In this document: in pieces, positions 1 through 9,950 of the stretch
Layout of the letters: the number at the start of each line of letters is the position of its first letter
Position numbering within the stretch: the stretch's first letter is position 1
Source of the DNA: Nitrospinales bacterium
GTDB taxonomy: Bacteria; Nitrospinota; Nitrospinia; Nitrospinales; VA-1
Assembly: GCA_965262115.1 (NCBI GenBank)
Contig: OZ253496.1
Span: 1,604,447 to 1,668,446, forward strand
DNA: 64,000 bases
Direction: 5' to 3'
The notes under the pieces: model-generated
Databases searched by the model: none
What the model was told of the DNA's origin: nothing
Seen by the model: the letters and a program-made list of their open reading frames with translations, nothing else
Program-made: the position numbers and the translations under genes

Positions 1-69
1 CTGGCCGCTTGCTCCATTGAGGGGCCAGTGCCATTTTAAATAACCAGTTACTCCGTCTGGAGGTTAGGA

Positions 70-1008
70 ATGAAAATAGCGCTCACCGGTATCACCGGAA
101 TGGTGGGTTCCCATCTTATTAAAAAACTTGTTGAAGATAACCCGGAAGGTTCCTCCTATAACATCAGGGCTCTTATCCGCGAAGGTAGTGTAGTAGAACA
201 TTTAAAAACCTTTGAGGATGTGGATTATATTATCGGAGGTTTAGAGGATCGGGAATCCCTTGCAAAGCTCGTGCAGGATGTGGATGTGTTGCTGCATCTG
301 GCCCATTTCCCTGGTCCGGTTCAAGCTTATGATGAATTGGTCAAGGTCAATGTCCACGGTTCCTTTGATTTGTTGGAAGAAGCCAAAAAGGCAAAAGTCA
401 AGCAGGTGATCTTCATGAGTTCGTGCACGGTGTTTGGACAAATTCTCCCCACGGTTGATAAGGAACACCCACTCGATGAAAACCACCCGGTTTGGCCCAG
501 TAGTCTCTATGGCTCCATCAAATCCTCGATCGAAGGGTTTTGCCACTATTACTACAAAAGCCGGGCGTTTGACTTAACCATCCTGCGGCCGGTCACTGTG
601 TATGGAGTGCGGCCCCAGCTTGACAAGTCCGAATGGTTTCAAACTATTGATTTCCTCGCCACAAATTACAACGTGGACGTTAAGGGCAGTACCAAATATG
701 TTTCGGTGGCTTCAGTGGTGCAGGCTATACAGAAGGTCATGGGAAACGCGGAGGCATCCGGCAAAACCTACCATCTGATCGATGGGCATATTCATAACAT
801 GGATCTTGGAAACCTGATTGTGGATACCATCGATTCATTCGGCGAAGTTGAAGGCGTCATGGGGGAAGATGGCGTGCCGATGTCCAATCAGGCGGCAAAA
901 GACCTTGGGGTTGAGTTTCCCGGTCAAGAGCGCATTGTTGAATATATCAAACTCATCCATAAGCTTCATGGCGAATATGGTGGCGAACGAAACATTCAAA
1001 ACTGGTAG
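70..1008 (+). CDS. NAD-dependent epimerase/dehydratase (extended SDR)
   Basis: N-terminal TGxTGxxG (TGITGMVGS) and YxxxK (YGSIK) motifs; 312 aa. Confidence 0.85.
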   Translation: MKIALTGITGMVGSHLIKKLVEDNPEGSSYNIRALIREGSVVEHLKTFEDVDYIIGGLEDRESLAKLVQDVDVLLHLAHFPGPVQAYDELVKVNVHGSFDLLEEAKKAKVKQVIFMSSCTVFGQILPTVDKEHPLDENHPVWPSSLYGSIKSSIEGFCHYYYKSRAFDLTILRPVTVYGVRPQLDKSEWFQTIDFLATNYNVDVKGSTKYVSVASVVQAIQKVMGNAEASGKTYHLIDGHIHNMDLGNLIVDTIDSFGEVEGVMGEDGVPMSNQAAKDLGVEFPGQERIVEYIKLIHKLHGEYGGERNIQNW

Positions 1009-1019
1009 AGGAACCAAAC

Positions 1020-1526
1020 GTGTCGTCGCTCACATCCCAGGCATTCATCGACCGGTTGATCCATGAAAATTTTAGATTCTTTACCGGGGTTCCCTGCTCG
1101 TTGTTATCAGGCCTGATTTCATACCTGGAAGAAGTTGAAGAAGCTAAATACATTCCATCAGTGCGAGAAGATGCTGCGGTTGGTCTGTGCGCGGGTGCTT
1201 ATCTTTCCGGCTCCCTGCCCGTCCTGCTGATGCAAAACTCGGGACTGGGTTATTGCCTCAACGCCTTCACCTCGCTCAACCTGATTTACCGTATTCCTGT
1301 TTTGGTTATTATGAGCTGGCGCGGTCAGGGAGGAAAAGATGCCCCCGAACACATCATCATGGGAGACATCAATCAGAAGCTTCTCGAAACCGCTGGCATG
1401 GACTACGCGGTGTTAAAGCCGGACAACTGCGATCAGGTTCTCGCAACCGCCATGCGAAAAATCAATGTGGAAAAACTTCCTTATACGCTTCTTGTTAAGA
1501 AAGGGTTGTTTGATGAAAGGCACTGA
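1020..1526 (+). CDS. ThDP-dependent decarboxylase alpha subunit (phosphonopyruvate/sulfopyruvate decarboxylase type)
   Basis: GVPCS, REDAAVGLCAGAYL, LMQNSGLG and SWRG..KDAPEH motifs. Confidence 0.85.
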   Translation: MSSLTSQAFIDRLIHENFRFFTGVPCSLLSGLISYLEEVEEAKYIPSVREDAAVGLCAGAYLSGSLPVLLMQNSGLGYCLNAFTSLNLIYRIPVLVIMSWRGQGGKDAPEHIIMGDINQKLLETAGMDYAVLKPDNCDQVLATAMRKINVEKLPYTLLVKKGLFDERH

Positions 1527-2079
1527 GGCATTTCAGGAGTTACTGCCCTTGTTGGGAGACGAACCCGTGATACACGCCAATGGATATATTTGTCGGGAGT
1601 CGTTTTCCTTAAAAGACCGGGAAGCCAATTTTTATATGATCGGTTCCATGGGGCTCGCCTCTTCTATTGGACTGGGTGTGGCTTTATGCAAGACGGAGCA
1701 GAAGGTGATCGTGTTGGATGGAGATGGCAACGTGTTGATGGCTATGGGTACGCTTGCCATGATTGCGGCAGAAGCCCCGAAAAACCTGGTGCACGTTGTG
1801 ATCGACAATGAAGTGTATGAGTCAACAGGAAGGCAGCGCTCTATTTCTAATGCGGTGGCTCTTGAGAAAGTTGCCAAAAGCTCCGGTTACCGGCAAGCCA
1901 TGCGAGTCGAGAAAAGAGAGGAAATCAAACCGGCGTTTGAAAAGTTGATGAATTCCGAAGGGCCGGGTTTTCTGTTGATCAAGGTGGATCCATGTTTCGA
2001 TCCGAAAACAGGACGCGTGACACACACACCGGAAGAAATTACCACACGTTTCATGCGGTCAGTGACCGGGGACCACTAG
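1513..2079 (+). CDS. ThDP-dependent decarboxylase beta subunit
   Basis: NFYMIGSMGLASSIGLG and ThDP-binding GDG...DN motif; ATG at 1513 overlaps the end of the alpha gene. Confidence 0.85.
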   Translation: MKGTEAFQELLPLLGDEPVIHANGYICRESFSLKDREANFYMIGSMGLASSIGLGVALCKTEQKVIVLDGDGNVLMAMGTLAMIAAEAPKNLVHVVIDNEVYESTGRQRSISNAVALEKVAKSSGYRQAMRVEKREEIKPAFEKLMNSEGPGFLLIKVDPCFDPKTGRVTHTPEEITTRFMRSVTGDH

Positions 2080-2111
2080 CACGGGATTTTCTTCCTTAAC
2101 CTTCGTGAGCC

Positions 2112-2192
2112 TGTGATATCCCCTCCGCTAAATTCATGCCCGGAACGGGTATGTGATGTCCTCTTCCTTAAACTTCATGCCCGGAACGGGTA
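2112..2192 (+). repeat. Two tandem ~40-bp modules (2112-2151, 2152-2192)
   Basis: TGTGATATCCCCTCCGCTAAATTCATGCCCGGAACGGGTA then TGTGATGTCCTCTTCCTTAAACTTCATGCCCGGAACGGGTA. Confidence 0.9.
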
Positions 2193-2217
2193 GAAGGGGT
2201 AATAAATTGATAGGCAT

Positions 2218-2508
2218 TCAAAGAGTTGTCTCGGCTTGATGGGTTCTTGCCAACTCCCTCCCACGGGAGTGGGCTAGGCTAGGATCGACTTCAGCGCCCG
2301 ACGATGATTCCGGTGCTGTCGTATTGCCCGCTTCGCCACTCAGTTCAGCAGCTTGGTTGACGGGAGGAATAGGACTGGTCTGAGCTTCCTCTGTGGTCGT
2401 GCCTTGAGACTCCGCCGATGCTGCCGGACGAGCGTCTTTATTTCCTTCGCTTGTTTCTGTGGTCTGTTTTTGAGCGGCAGAAAAATTTCCCAGGCTTGAA
2501 ACTTTCAT
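2218..2508 (-). CDS. Low-complexity hypothetical protein, possibly truncated
   Basis: Follows the flaG-like gene on the same strand; S/T/E/A-rich; ends next to the repeat block. Confidence 0.45.
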   Translation of the reverse strand: MKVSSLGNFSAAQKQTTETSEGNKDARPAASAESQGTTTEEAQTSPIPPVNQAAELSGEAGNTTAPESSSGAEVDPSLAHSRGRELARTHQAETTL

Positions 2509-2557
2509 AACGCATCTCCCCTTTATTAGAAAATCTGTTTAGCTTTTCGGCGCAAAC

Positions 2558-2887
2558 CTATTCCGTGATATCGCTAACACTGTCCCGAATAGCGTTTTTC
2601 AATTGTAGTTCTGCTTCAGAGGGAACGGACTTAACCACCTTTTGGGTCTTCGGGTCGATGACCTGGAGAACCACATCATTGTTCTCCGTGACCGAAAATT
2701 TTCTTTGTCCGCTGCTTGCCTCTGCTAAAACCTTGGCTTGAGCAGACAGGTCAACAGAGTCTCCTGCTGATTTTAGTGCAGGAGCTGCAACTGACTTAGA
2801 CCCCGTGTCCCCCGAAGAGGGCTGCGGTTTGGATGTAGGAGCTTTCGGATTTCCAGCTGCGTTAACGGCCTGGCTATCCATGTGCAT
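2558..2887 (-). CDS. FlaG-family protein
   Basis: C-terminal FSVTENNDVVLQVIDPKTQKVVKSVPSE resembles the FlaG domain. Confidence 0.65.
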   Translation of the reverse strand: MHMDSQAVNAAGNPKAPTSKPQPSSGDTGSKSVAAPALKSAGDSVDLSAQAKVLAEASSGQRKFSVTENNDVVLQVIDPKTQKVVKSVPSEAELQLKNAIRDSVSDITE

Positions 2888-3205
2888 TTCCTCTACTCTT
2901 TATTAATAAGAGCACTCTTTAAACTATTGAAAAAAGGATATATTTCCTTATCCCCTTGCGTGGTGCATTTTTTGCCCAGTACACGCATTCTTCTTAACGG
3001 TAACTTGAGGATTAACTTTAGAAAAACATTAAAGAAATACAGTGAAATCGTGCCCTATTTTTGGATAAGGTCTTTGCGGGCTCGATAAGGCTTGAATTGA
3101 ACCTCTTTAGCAGTTATGATACCGGCTTGAAAAATAATTGAAAACAAAGTGGTTCGGGGAGTTTTATCTGAATTTATAGGGTCTTGTAACGCCGTTTATT
3201 GTGGA

Positions 3206-4954
3206 ATGAAAGAATTTTGTAAAATCCTGAAATATGCCAGGCCGTATGCCAAAAGCCTCATTTTCGCGTTTCTTTGCCTGGCTTTGACCTCGTTGATCAA
3301 CCTGGTATTGCCTTTGATTGTCCGCAATATGATCAACGCTTTGATCGTATTAAAAAACAGCGAGGTGCTGGATGGCCTGGCATGGGATTTAATCATCATC
3401 ATTGGTCTGCAGGCTGCGTTTGCGGTCACGCATAATTATATTTTTGGTTTCGTGGGTCACAGGATGACCACGGATTTTCGCATCGAATTTTTTGCCCATA
3501 TTCAATCCCTTTCATTGCGCTTTTTTCAGGAACGCCGGGTGGGAGAAATTTTATCCCGCATGAGTAACGATATATCTGTGATCGAGAATGCCCTGGTGAC
3601 TATTCCTGTTGCCCTGCTACGCCAGAGCATCACCTTGCTCGGGGCCATGACGATCATTCTGTATCTGAATTGGAAATTGACCGGACTCATTTTACTTATA
3701 CTGCCTCCCCTGATGATTTTTGCGCGGGTGTTTGGGCGACGGTTAAAAATGTTTTCGGAAAAACTGCAGGATCAAGTGGCGCAGGCGGTGGTGGTTCTTG
3801 AGGAAGTGATATCGTCTATTAAAATTGTCAAGTCCTTCACCCGCGAGCCTTATGAGCGCAACCGTTTTCAGGGCAAAATTGAAACGGCCTTTGAAAGAGC
3901 GGTGGACAAACTCAAAGTGTCTGCTTTTTTTGGTCCGTCCATACTCGGGCTCACTTTTTTGGTTTCCGCATTATTGATCTGGTATGGCGGATATCAGGTG
4001 ATGCAAGGGACGACGACCCCTGGCGAACTGGCGGCTTTTTTCCTGTACGCCCTGATCATTGCGGGACCGATCGGAACGTTTGTCCGGTTGTATACGCAGA
4101 TTCAGGAAGCCTCGGGTTCCATCTGCAGGGTCTACGAGATTCTCGATACCCAGCCGATGATTCAAAATCCGGAGAACCCGGTCGCGGTTGGGAATTTAAT
4201 GGGACGCATTCAATTCGAAAATGTTTCTTTCGGTTATCGGGACACTGCGGAGGTGATTCATGATGTCAGCTTTGATGTGCTCCCGGGGCAGACCGTTGCT
4301 CTGGTTGGTCCCAGTGGGGCCGGCAAGTCCACCCTCATCAAACTGTTGTTCCGCTTCTTCGATCCGTATTCCGGGGCCATTCGTCTGGACGAACACGATA
4401 TCCGCACTCTGGACCGGCGAAGTTTTCTCAGCCAGATTGCTCTGGTTCCCCAGGAAACGCTATTGTTCGGGGGAACAGTGAAGGAAAATATTCTTTATGG
4501 CAAGCTCGATGCGACTGAGGCAGAACTTAAAGAAGCCGCGCAAAAAGCCAACGCGCATGAATTCATCATGAATATGGAAAAAGGTTACGATACGGTTGTT
4601 GGTGAGAAGGGAACAAAACTTTCCGGGGGAGAAAGGCAGAGGATCGCCATTGCCAGGGCCATCTTAAAAGACCCGAAAATTCTGGTTCTGGATGAAGCGA
4701 CTTCTTCTTTGGATAACCGGTCCGAATCCCTCATTCAGGATGCTTTGGAAACTTTAATGGCCCACCGCACGACTTTTGTCGTCGCGCATCGCCTGAGCAC
4801 CATCCATAAAGCGGATCAGATTATGGTTCTGGATAAGGGAAGCATTGTTGAAGCGGGTCAACACGAGGACTTGATGAATAAAAAGGGCCTGTACCACAAC
4901 CTGTATACTTTGAAAATGCTCGAGCCTACCGCGCATGAAGGAGTGGATTTATAA
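3206..4954 (+). CDS. ABC exporter, fused TMD-NBD (MsbA-like)
   Basis: Hydrophobic N-terminal half; Walker A GPSGAGKST, LSGGERQR signature, ILVLDEATSSLD. Confidence 0.92.
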   Translation: MKEFCKILKYARPYAKSLIFAFLCLALTSLINLVLPLIVRNMINALIVLKNSEVLDGLAWDLIIIIGLQAAFAVTHNYIFGFVGHRMTTDFRIEFFAHIQSLSLRFFQERRVGEILSRMSNDISVIENALVTIPVALLRQSITLLGAMTIILYLNWKLTGLILLILPPLMIFARVFGRRLKMFSEKLQDQVAQAVVVLEEVISSIKIVKSFTREPYERNRFQGKIETAFERAVDKLKVSAFFGPSILGLTFLVSALLIWYGGYQVMQGTTTPGELAAFFLYALIIAGPIGTFVRLYTQIQEASGSICRVYEILDTQPMIQNPENPVAVGNLMGRIQFENVSFGYRDTAEVIHDVSFDVLPGQTVALVGPSGAGKSTLIKLLFRFFDPYSGAIRLDEHDIRTLDRRSFLSQIALVPQETLLFGGTVKENILYGKLDATEAELKEAAQKANAHEFIMNMEKGYDTVVGEKGTKLSGGERQRIAIARAILKDPKILVLDEATSSLDNRSESLIQDALETLMAHRTTFVVAHRLSTIHKADQIMVLDKGSIVEAGQHEDLMNKKGLYHNLYTLKMLEPTAHEGVDL

Positions 4955-5002
4955 TTCCGTTTGCAAAAATAGGATCGAGTTTTGAATTAATGGCGGAGGG
5001 GG

Positions 5003-5416
5003 TTATTCTCCCGGGTCGGCGCCAATTAAAAATCCGATCAAGTGAGCTTTTTTCTCTGTGTCACCACGATAATAAGTGCGCACCAATCTCTGAATCAGCT
5101 CATTTAACGTCGGGTCTTCTCCGTAAGTTTCTATAGCCTCGTTGACACAGGGCTCTTCACCGCCGGGAGCGTGTTGCGTTTTCTTGATAGGCCCCTTCCC
5201 CGTTAGCAGCCAGATTATATTGAGATCCGTGTGTTGATAAAGTTTTGCGATCGTGTCTGCCGAAGGTAAAGACTTGTTATTCTCGATATCTGATAAAGAA
5301 CCTTGGGAGATTTTGATCAATCTTGCCAACTCGAAAGATTTCAGTGGCAAAGATTTTCTCCACTGGCGGAGTCGGGACCCTAGAAATTTAGCTGTTCCTG
5401 ATTTTTTTTCTTGCAT
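5003..5416 (-). CDS. XRE-family HTH transcriptional regulator
   Basis: ELARLIKISQGSLSDIENNKSLP helix-turn-helix and NIIWLLTGKG; start taken at MQEKK. Confidence 0.8.
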   Translation of the reverse strand: MQEKKSGTAKFLGSRLRQWRKSLPLKSFELARLIKISQGSLSDIENNKSLPSADTIAKLYQHTDLNIIWLLTGKGPIKKTQHAPGGEEPCVNEAIETYGEDPTLNELIQRLVRTYYRGDTEKKAHLIGFLIGADPGE

Positions 5417-5790
5417 TATACGGCATACCAAATTATGATTGACAATGTCTAATTGCGGCCTTGAAAAATTTAAGGTCCTCCGAAGCCTACAGTTAAGTTC
5501 CTGGCGAATACCATTTATGTGCCAATTATGTGCCAAAAACGCGATATTATTCTAGTCCTATAGGAAAACTCAAGAACCTGATTCCCCCATTCTTCAGCGT
5601 ATAACCAGGTTCGAGCGGGAAAGCGTAAGATCAAAATATTGGAAGGATATCCAACCCTGCAATCGTTTGTACTTCTATAATTCCCCAAAATATTGCAACC
5701 GTCAATCTTTTTTCTGGTTTTTGGCGTTTTAAAATTTTTACATGGATGTAAAGGAAAATATGGCGAGGCGGAAGGTGTTTATGGATGTAT

Positions 5791-6069
5791 CTAAAAGTCC
5801 AGAGGTAAGGAGGAATTTTTGGGTAGAAGGATTTGGAAAAAACCTGCTTCTTCCTGAAAGAAATAATTTTCTACATTTAAAAGCACAATAAAAGGAAAAA
5901 TTTCTGGAAACGGATTCCCCCAGACTTCATGCGCGTTGCTGACCATTCCTTCGTCCCAAATATTCAATCCATATTTGGAGAAAGACCAGAAATAGGCCGC
6001 CAAGGCCAGATAGAGTAGAGAGACCCGGCCCCATCGTTTGACAGCGGTCTGTTCAGAAGGATTATTCAT
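5791..6069 (-). pseudogene. N-terminal remnant of a membrane protein (GT-C-like LNIWDEG motif)
   Basis: One TM segment plus WDEG, then the sequence loses protein-like character; directly downstream of nagZ. Confidence 0.35.
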
Positions 6070-6071
6070 TT

Positions 6072-7151
6072 TTATTCTTTGAAAAACGCCCGCATCTCCC
6101 GGGCGAGACTCTGGTTTTCCGCAAGAATATTTTCAAAATTCAGATCGTCGTTTTTCGGGGCTTTCAGTTTTTCTTTCACCTTGAAAATTCGAGCCAGAGA
6201 TTGCTCGATATTGGCGCGGGGAATTCTTCCGCTTTCAATGCCGTGAATCATCGAATCCTGAAGGGTGGTTACTTTTTTCAGATCGTGGCAAATGAGAAAC
6301 ACATCGATGCCGGCCTGGGTTCCCAGTTCAGGGATGGACTCCAGTTTATCTTCGATGGCCTGCATCTCCAGATCGTCTGACATAATCAGGCCTTCAAAGT
6401 GCAGAGAGTTCCTCAGCACATCATTCATAATAGAGTGGGAAAACGTAGCGGGGCGCTCGGCATCCCAGGCCGGGTAGACCACATGCGCCGTCATGATAAC
6501 TTCCAGTCCCTGCTTGATGGCATGGGCGAAGGGGATCAATTCGGTTTGTTCCAATGACTCCCGTGTTTGCTCAACTCTAGGCAGAGTGAGATGCGAATCC
6601 TGCGAGGTGTCCCCATGTCCGGGAAAATGTTTGCCCACAGGAATGACCCCGGCGTCATAAAATCCGCGAATCACTTCGGCCCCCAAACGCGCCACCTTTC
6701 CCGGGTCGCTGTCCAGAGCCCTGTGCCCAATTATAGGATTATCGGGGTTGGAGTGGACATCAAGAACCGGTGCGTAATCCATATTAACCCCGACCGCGCG
6801 CATTTCTCTCCCCATTGCCAGTCCGAACCGGTAAGCGAGGTCCTCCGAGTTGGCCTGCCCCAGGCACGACATGGGGGGGAATTGGGTGAAAGGTTCACCG
6901 AGCCGGGCCACCCTGCCGCCTTCCTGGTCCACCGAAATGAAAAGCGGGGGGATTTCTGCATTATTAGCGGCCAGTGACTGCAGGTCGGTTATCAATCGCC
7001 GTAGCTGGTCGGGATTTTTATAATTGCGCTCGAACAAAGTCAAACCGCCAATGCCCTGCTCAACAATCAGTTCTTCGGTGCGGGCGTTGAGGGAGGTCCC
7101 CTCAAATCCTGATACAATCATTTGGCCGGTCTGTTGTTTCAGCGAAAGCAA
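6072..7151 (-). CDS. nagZ: Beta-N-acetylhexosaminidase (GH3)
   Basis: SVDQEGGRVARL, KHFPGHG and IMSDDLEM motifs. Confidence 0.93.
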   Translation of the reverse strand: MLSLKQQTGQMIVSGFEGTSLNARTEELIVEQGIGGLTLFERNYKNPDQLRRLITDLQSLAANNAEIPPLFISVDQEGGRVARLGEPFTQFPPMSCLGQANSEDLAYRFGLAMGREMRAVGVNMDYAPVLDVHSNPDNPIIGHRALDSDPGKVARLGAEVIRGFYDAGVIPVGKHFPGHGDTSQDSHLTLPRVEQTRESLEQTELIPFAHAIKQGLEVIMTAHVVYPAWDAERPATFSHSIMNDVLRNSLHFEGLIMSDDLEMQAIEDKLESIPELGTQAGIDVFLICHDLKKVTTLQDSMIHGIESGRIPRANIEQSLARIFKVKEKLKAPKNDDLNFENILAENQSLAREMRAFFKE

Positions 7152-7285
7152 AAGGAGTCTTAAGTCAGGGTAGCGTTGATGAACAAGCCAGATTGGCCCA
7201 AAACGTTGCGGCGAGCGGGCAGCGTTGCCCGGTTCGGCACCCGTATGTTACCATAACTTAATAACTCGTCATAAATAAGGAATGT

Positions 7286-8536
7286 ATGTTGCGCAGAGTC
7301 GTCATCACCGGTCTTGGGGCAGTCAGCCCGAACGGCATCGGATTAAAAACTTTTTGGGAAAATACCTGCAAAGGCATCAGCGGTATTGACCGTATCGCCA
7401 GCTTCGATGCTTCCGCCCTGACCTGTCAAATCGCCGGTGAGGTGACCCTGTTCGACCCGTCGCTTTATTTCTCTGTAGCAGATTTAAAAAAACTGCCGCG
7501 TTCCGTCCCGCTGGCCGTGGCGGCGACCCAGGAAGCCCTGGTCAATGCAGGGATTGATCTCGCCTCTTTTTCGGAAGAAGATTTTGAAGGGCTGGGGGTG
7601 CTGGTCGGTAGTGGCGGGTCCGGATTCGACTACTCCGAAAAACAGTTTGAAATTTATTTTTCCAACCAGAAAAAAAAGATCAGTCCTTATGCCATCTCTA
7701 ATTCACTGGTCGGCATGCTATCGAGCGAAATTTCCATGCACTTTGGCTTCCAGGGCCGGAGCCACGTCATCTCCAACGGATGCACCAGTTCCTCCGATGC
7801 TCTGGGTTACGCGTTCAATACCATCCGGTTCGGGCAGGAAGACTGGTTCGTTTCGGGTGGAGTAGAATCCTGCGTCACCCCGGCAATGATGCAGGGATTC
7901 GAAAGAATGAAAGTCAACCCGATGAACTATAACGATTCTCCCACGCGCGGGTCGCGTCCTTTTAACCGCGATCGGGAAGGATTTGTTCTGGCCGAAGGTG
8001 CCTGGACGGTCATACTGGAGGAACTCGAACACGCCAAAGCGCGCGCGGCAGAAATCATCGCCGAGGTTGTGGGCTATGGCACCACCTGCGATGCCTACCA
8101 TCGAGTCGCCATCATGCCCGACGGCAAGCAGTCCTCAAGAGCTTTGAATCTTGCTTTGAAGGACGCCAGGGTGAACAAAGATGAAGTGGACTATATCAAT
8201 TTCCATGGCACCTCAACGTTGCTCAACGACAAAGTCGAAACCCTCGCAGTCAAGCGCACCTTTAACAGTCATGCCATGAACATTCCGTCCAGTTCCACCA
8301 AGTCCATGGTTGGGCACCCGCAAGGCGCGTCGGGAGCATTGGGCGTGACCGTCTCGGCGCTGTCGTTAAAAAACGGCATCCTGACCCCCACCATTAATAT
8401 GGAAAACCCGGACCCGGAATGCGACATGGATTATGTTTCGAATGTAGGAAGAGAAGACAGGCTGAATGTGGCGATCAGCAATTGCATTTCGTTCGGATCA
8501 AAAAATTCTACCATCGTCCTGAAAAAGTTCCACTAG
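7286..8536 (+). CDS. fabF: Beta-ketoacyl-ACP synthase II
   Basis: RRVVITGLG, SNGCTSS (catalytic Cys), INFHGTST, KSMVGHPQGA, SFG. Confidence 0.88.
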   Translation: MLRRVVITGLGAVSPNGIGLKTFWENTCKGISGIDRIASFDASALTCQIAGEVTLFDPSLYFSVADLKKLPRSVPLAVAATQEALVNAGIDLASFSEEDFEGLGVLVGSGGSGFDYSEKQFEIYFSNQKKKISPYAISNSLVGMLSSEISMHFGFQGRSHVISNGCTSSSDALGYAFNTIRFGQEDWFVSGGVESCVTPAMMQGFERMKVNPMNYNDSPTRGSRPFNRDREGFVLAEGAWTVILEELEHAKARAAEIIAEVVGYGTTCDAYHRVAIMPDGKQSSRALNLALKDARVNKDEVDYINFHGTSTLLNDKVETLAVKRTFNSHAMNIPSSSTKSMVGHPQGASGALGVTVSALSLKNGILTPTINMENPDPECDMDYVSNVGREDRLNVAISNCISFGSKNSTIVLKKFH

Positions 8537-8879
8537 CCCTCTAGCGAGGGATGCAACGAGCGGCTGACACTCGCTCCCCTCCCGAGCCATAAAACCGCAA
8601 AAATGATTCCCTCCCTTCATAGGGAGGGATTAGGGAGGGTTGGCTTGTCATGCTGAGGCCCTCGAAGGGTGCCCCTTCCGTTCCCTGTGCCAAACCTGTA
8701 AAATCCCTCCTTAAAAAAAATATACAGAGAGAAATTCTGGAAAATGCTTATAATATGCGTGAATGATTTGGAGAAGGTCTGCCTATAGTAATATTATTTT
8801 CACTTGAGAAAATTGATAATAAATACCTTAAAATTAGCTCTTCTATTCTAGAACCAAAATTTTTTAACGTCTTTTGTTA

Positions 8880-9950
8880 ATGAAAAAACTAAATGTTTTA
8901 TCTTTGTTTTCTGGTGGTGGTGGCCTAGATTTAGGGTTTGCTGCTGCCGGATATACTATATTTGCTTCTATTGATATTGATGCTTATTCTTGCAGTACTT
9001 TAAGGCTCAATGCTGGGAAAAAGAAATTTTTTGATCATTTGAATGTTACCCAAGCCGATTTGACCAAAACAAACTCCGATAAATTATTATCAGGATTTAA
9101 AACAAAAAAGAAAAAGATTGACGTTGTTATTGGAGGTCCACCCTGCCAAGCATTTTCTGTCTTTGGAAGAAGAGGAGGGGTAAATGATCCTCGCGGAAAC
9201 CTTGTGTGGGATTTTATTAGAATTATTAAAGAAGTTGACCCAACAGTATTCATTTTTGAAAATGTTGTGGGCTTAAAAACTATACATAATGGGACTCTTT
9301 ATCAAAACCTACTTGAATCATTAACCATTGATGGGAAGTATGTCGTTTCTGACCATAACTATGAAATGGCAAATTTTGGGATACCTCAATTTAGAAACAG
9401 AATATTTTTTATTGGTTGGAAAAAAGGTAAAAGAATTCCACCTATGGTTCAAAGCCATGGGGAAGTAGGTTTATTTGATATTAATCCCTTTGTGACAGTG
9501 AAAAAGGCTTTGAAAGGGTTACCTAAGTTGGAAATTTCCAAAAGTTTCCCTAATCATGTTGGGCGAAAGCATAGTTTGAGAATCATCAATCGATATAAAA
9601 ACTTAAGGTTTGGTGAGCGAGATTCAATTACCAGAATCAACAAATTAGATCCGAACCGACCAAGCTTTACAATTATTGTTGGCTCTGATGCTGGTGGAGG
9701 TAAAGGGCATGTTCATCCAATAGAACCTAGAGAGGTTACACCAAGAGAATCCGCCCGTGTTCAGACTTTTCCGGACTGGTGGAAATTTTCTGGCACAGGA
9801 AGGCACGTAATAAGACAAGTTGGGAATGCGGTCCCTCCATTATTTGCTGCCCAACTTGCTGAACATATTAAAAAATATGTGTTTAAATGTAAAAAAATAC
9901 AAAATTACGATGACCTGTTAGATAAATTAGAATTAAACCACTTAAAATAA
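8880..9950 (+). CDS. DNA (cytosine-5)-methyltransferase
   Basis: LFSGGGG, GGPPCQAFS, FENV, QFRNR and VGNAVPP motifs; AT-rich. Confidence 0.95.
   Translation: MKKLNVLSLFSGGGGLDLGFAAAGYTIFASIDIDAYSCSTLRLNAGKKKFFDHLNVTQADLTKTNSDKLLSGFKTKKKKIDVVIGGPPCQAFSVFGRRGGVNDPRGNLVWDFIRIIKEVDPTVFIFENVVGLKTIHNGTLYQNLLESLTIDGKYVVSDHNYEMANFGIPQFRNRIFFIGWKKGKRIPPMVQSHGEVGLFDINPFVTVKKALKGLPKLEISKSFPNHVGRKHSLRIINRYKNLRFGERDSITRINKLDPNRPSFTIIVGSDAGGGKGHVHPIEPREVTPRESARVQTFPDWWKFSGTGRHVIRQVGNAVPPLFAAQLAEHIKKYVFKCKKIQNYDDLLDKLELNHLK

Noticed and set aside
2160-2175. Shine-Dalgarno-like AAGGAAGAGG in the module's reverse strand
   Set aside because: No consistent start codon or gene follows at RBS spacing in the copies examined.
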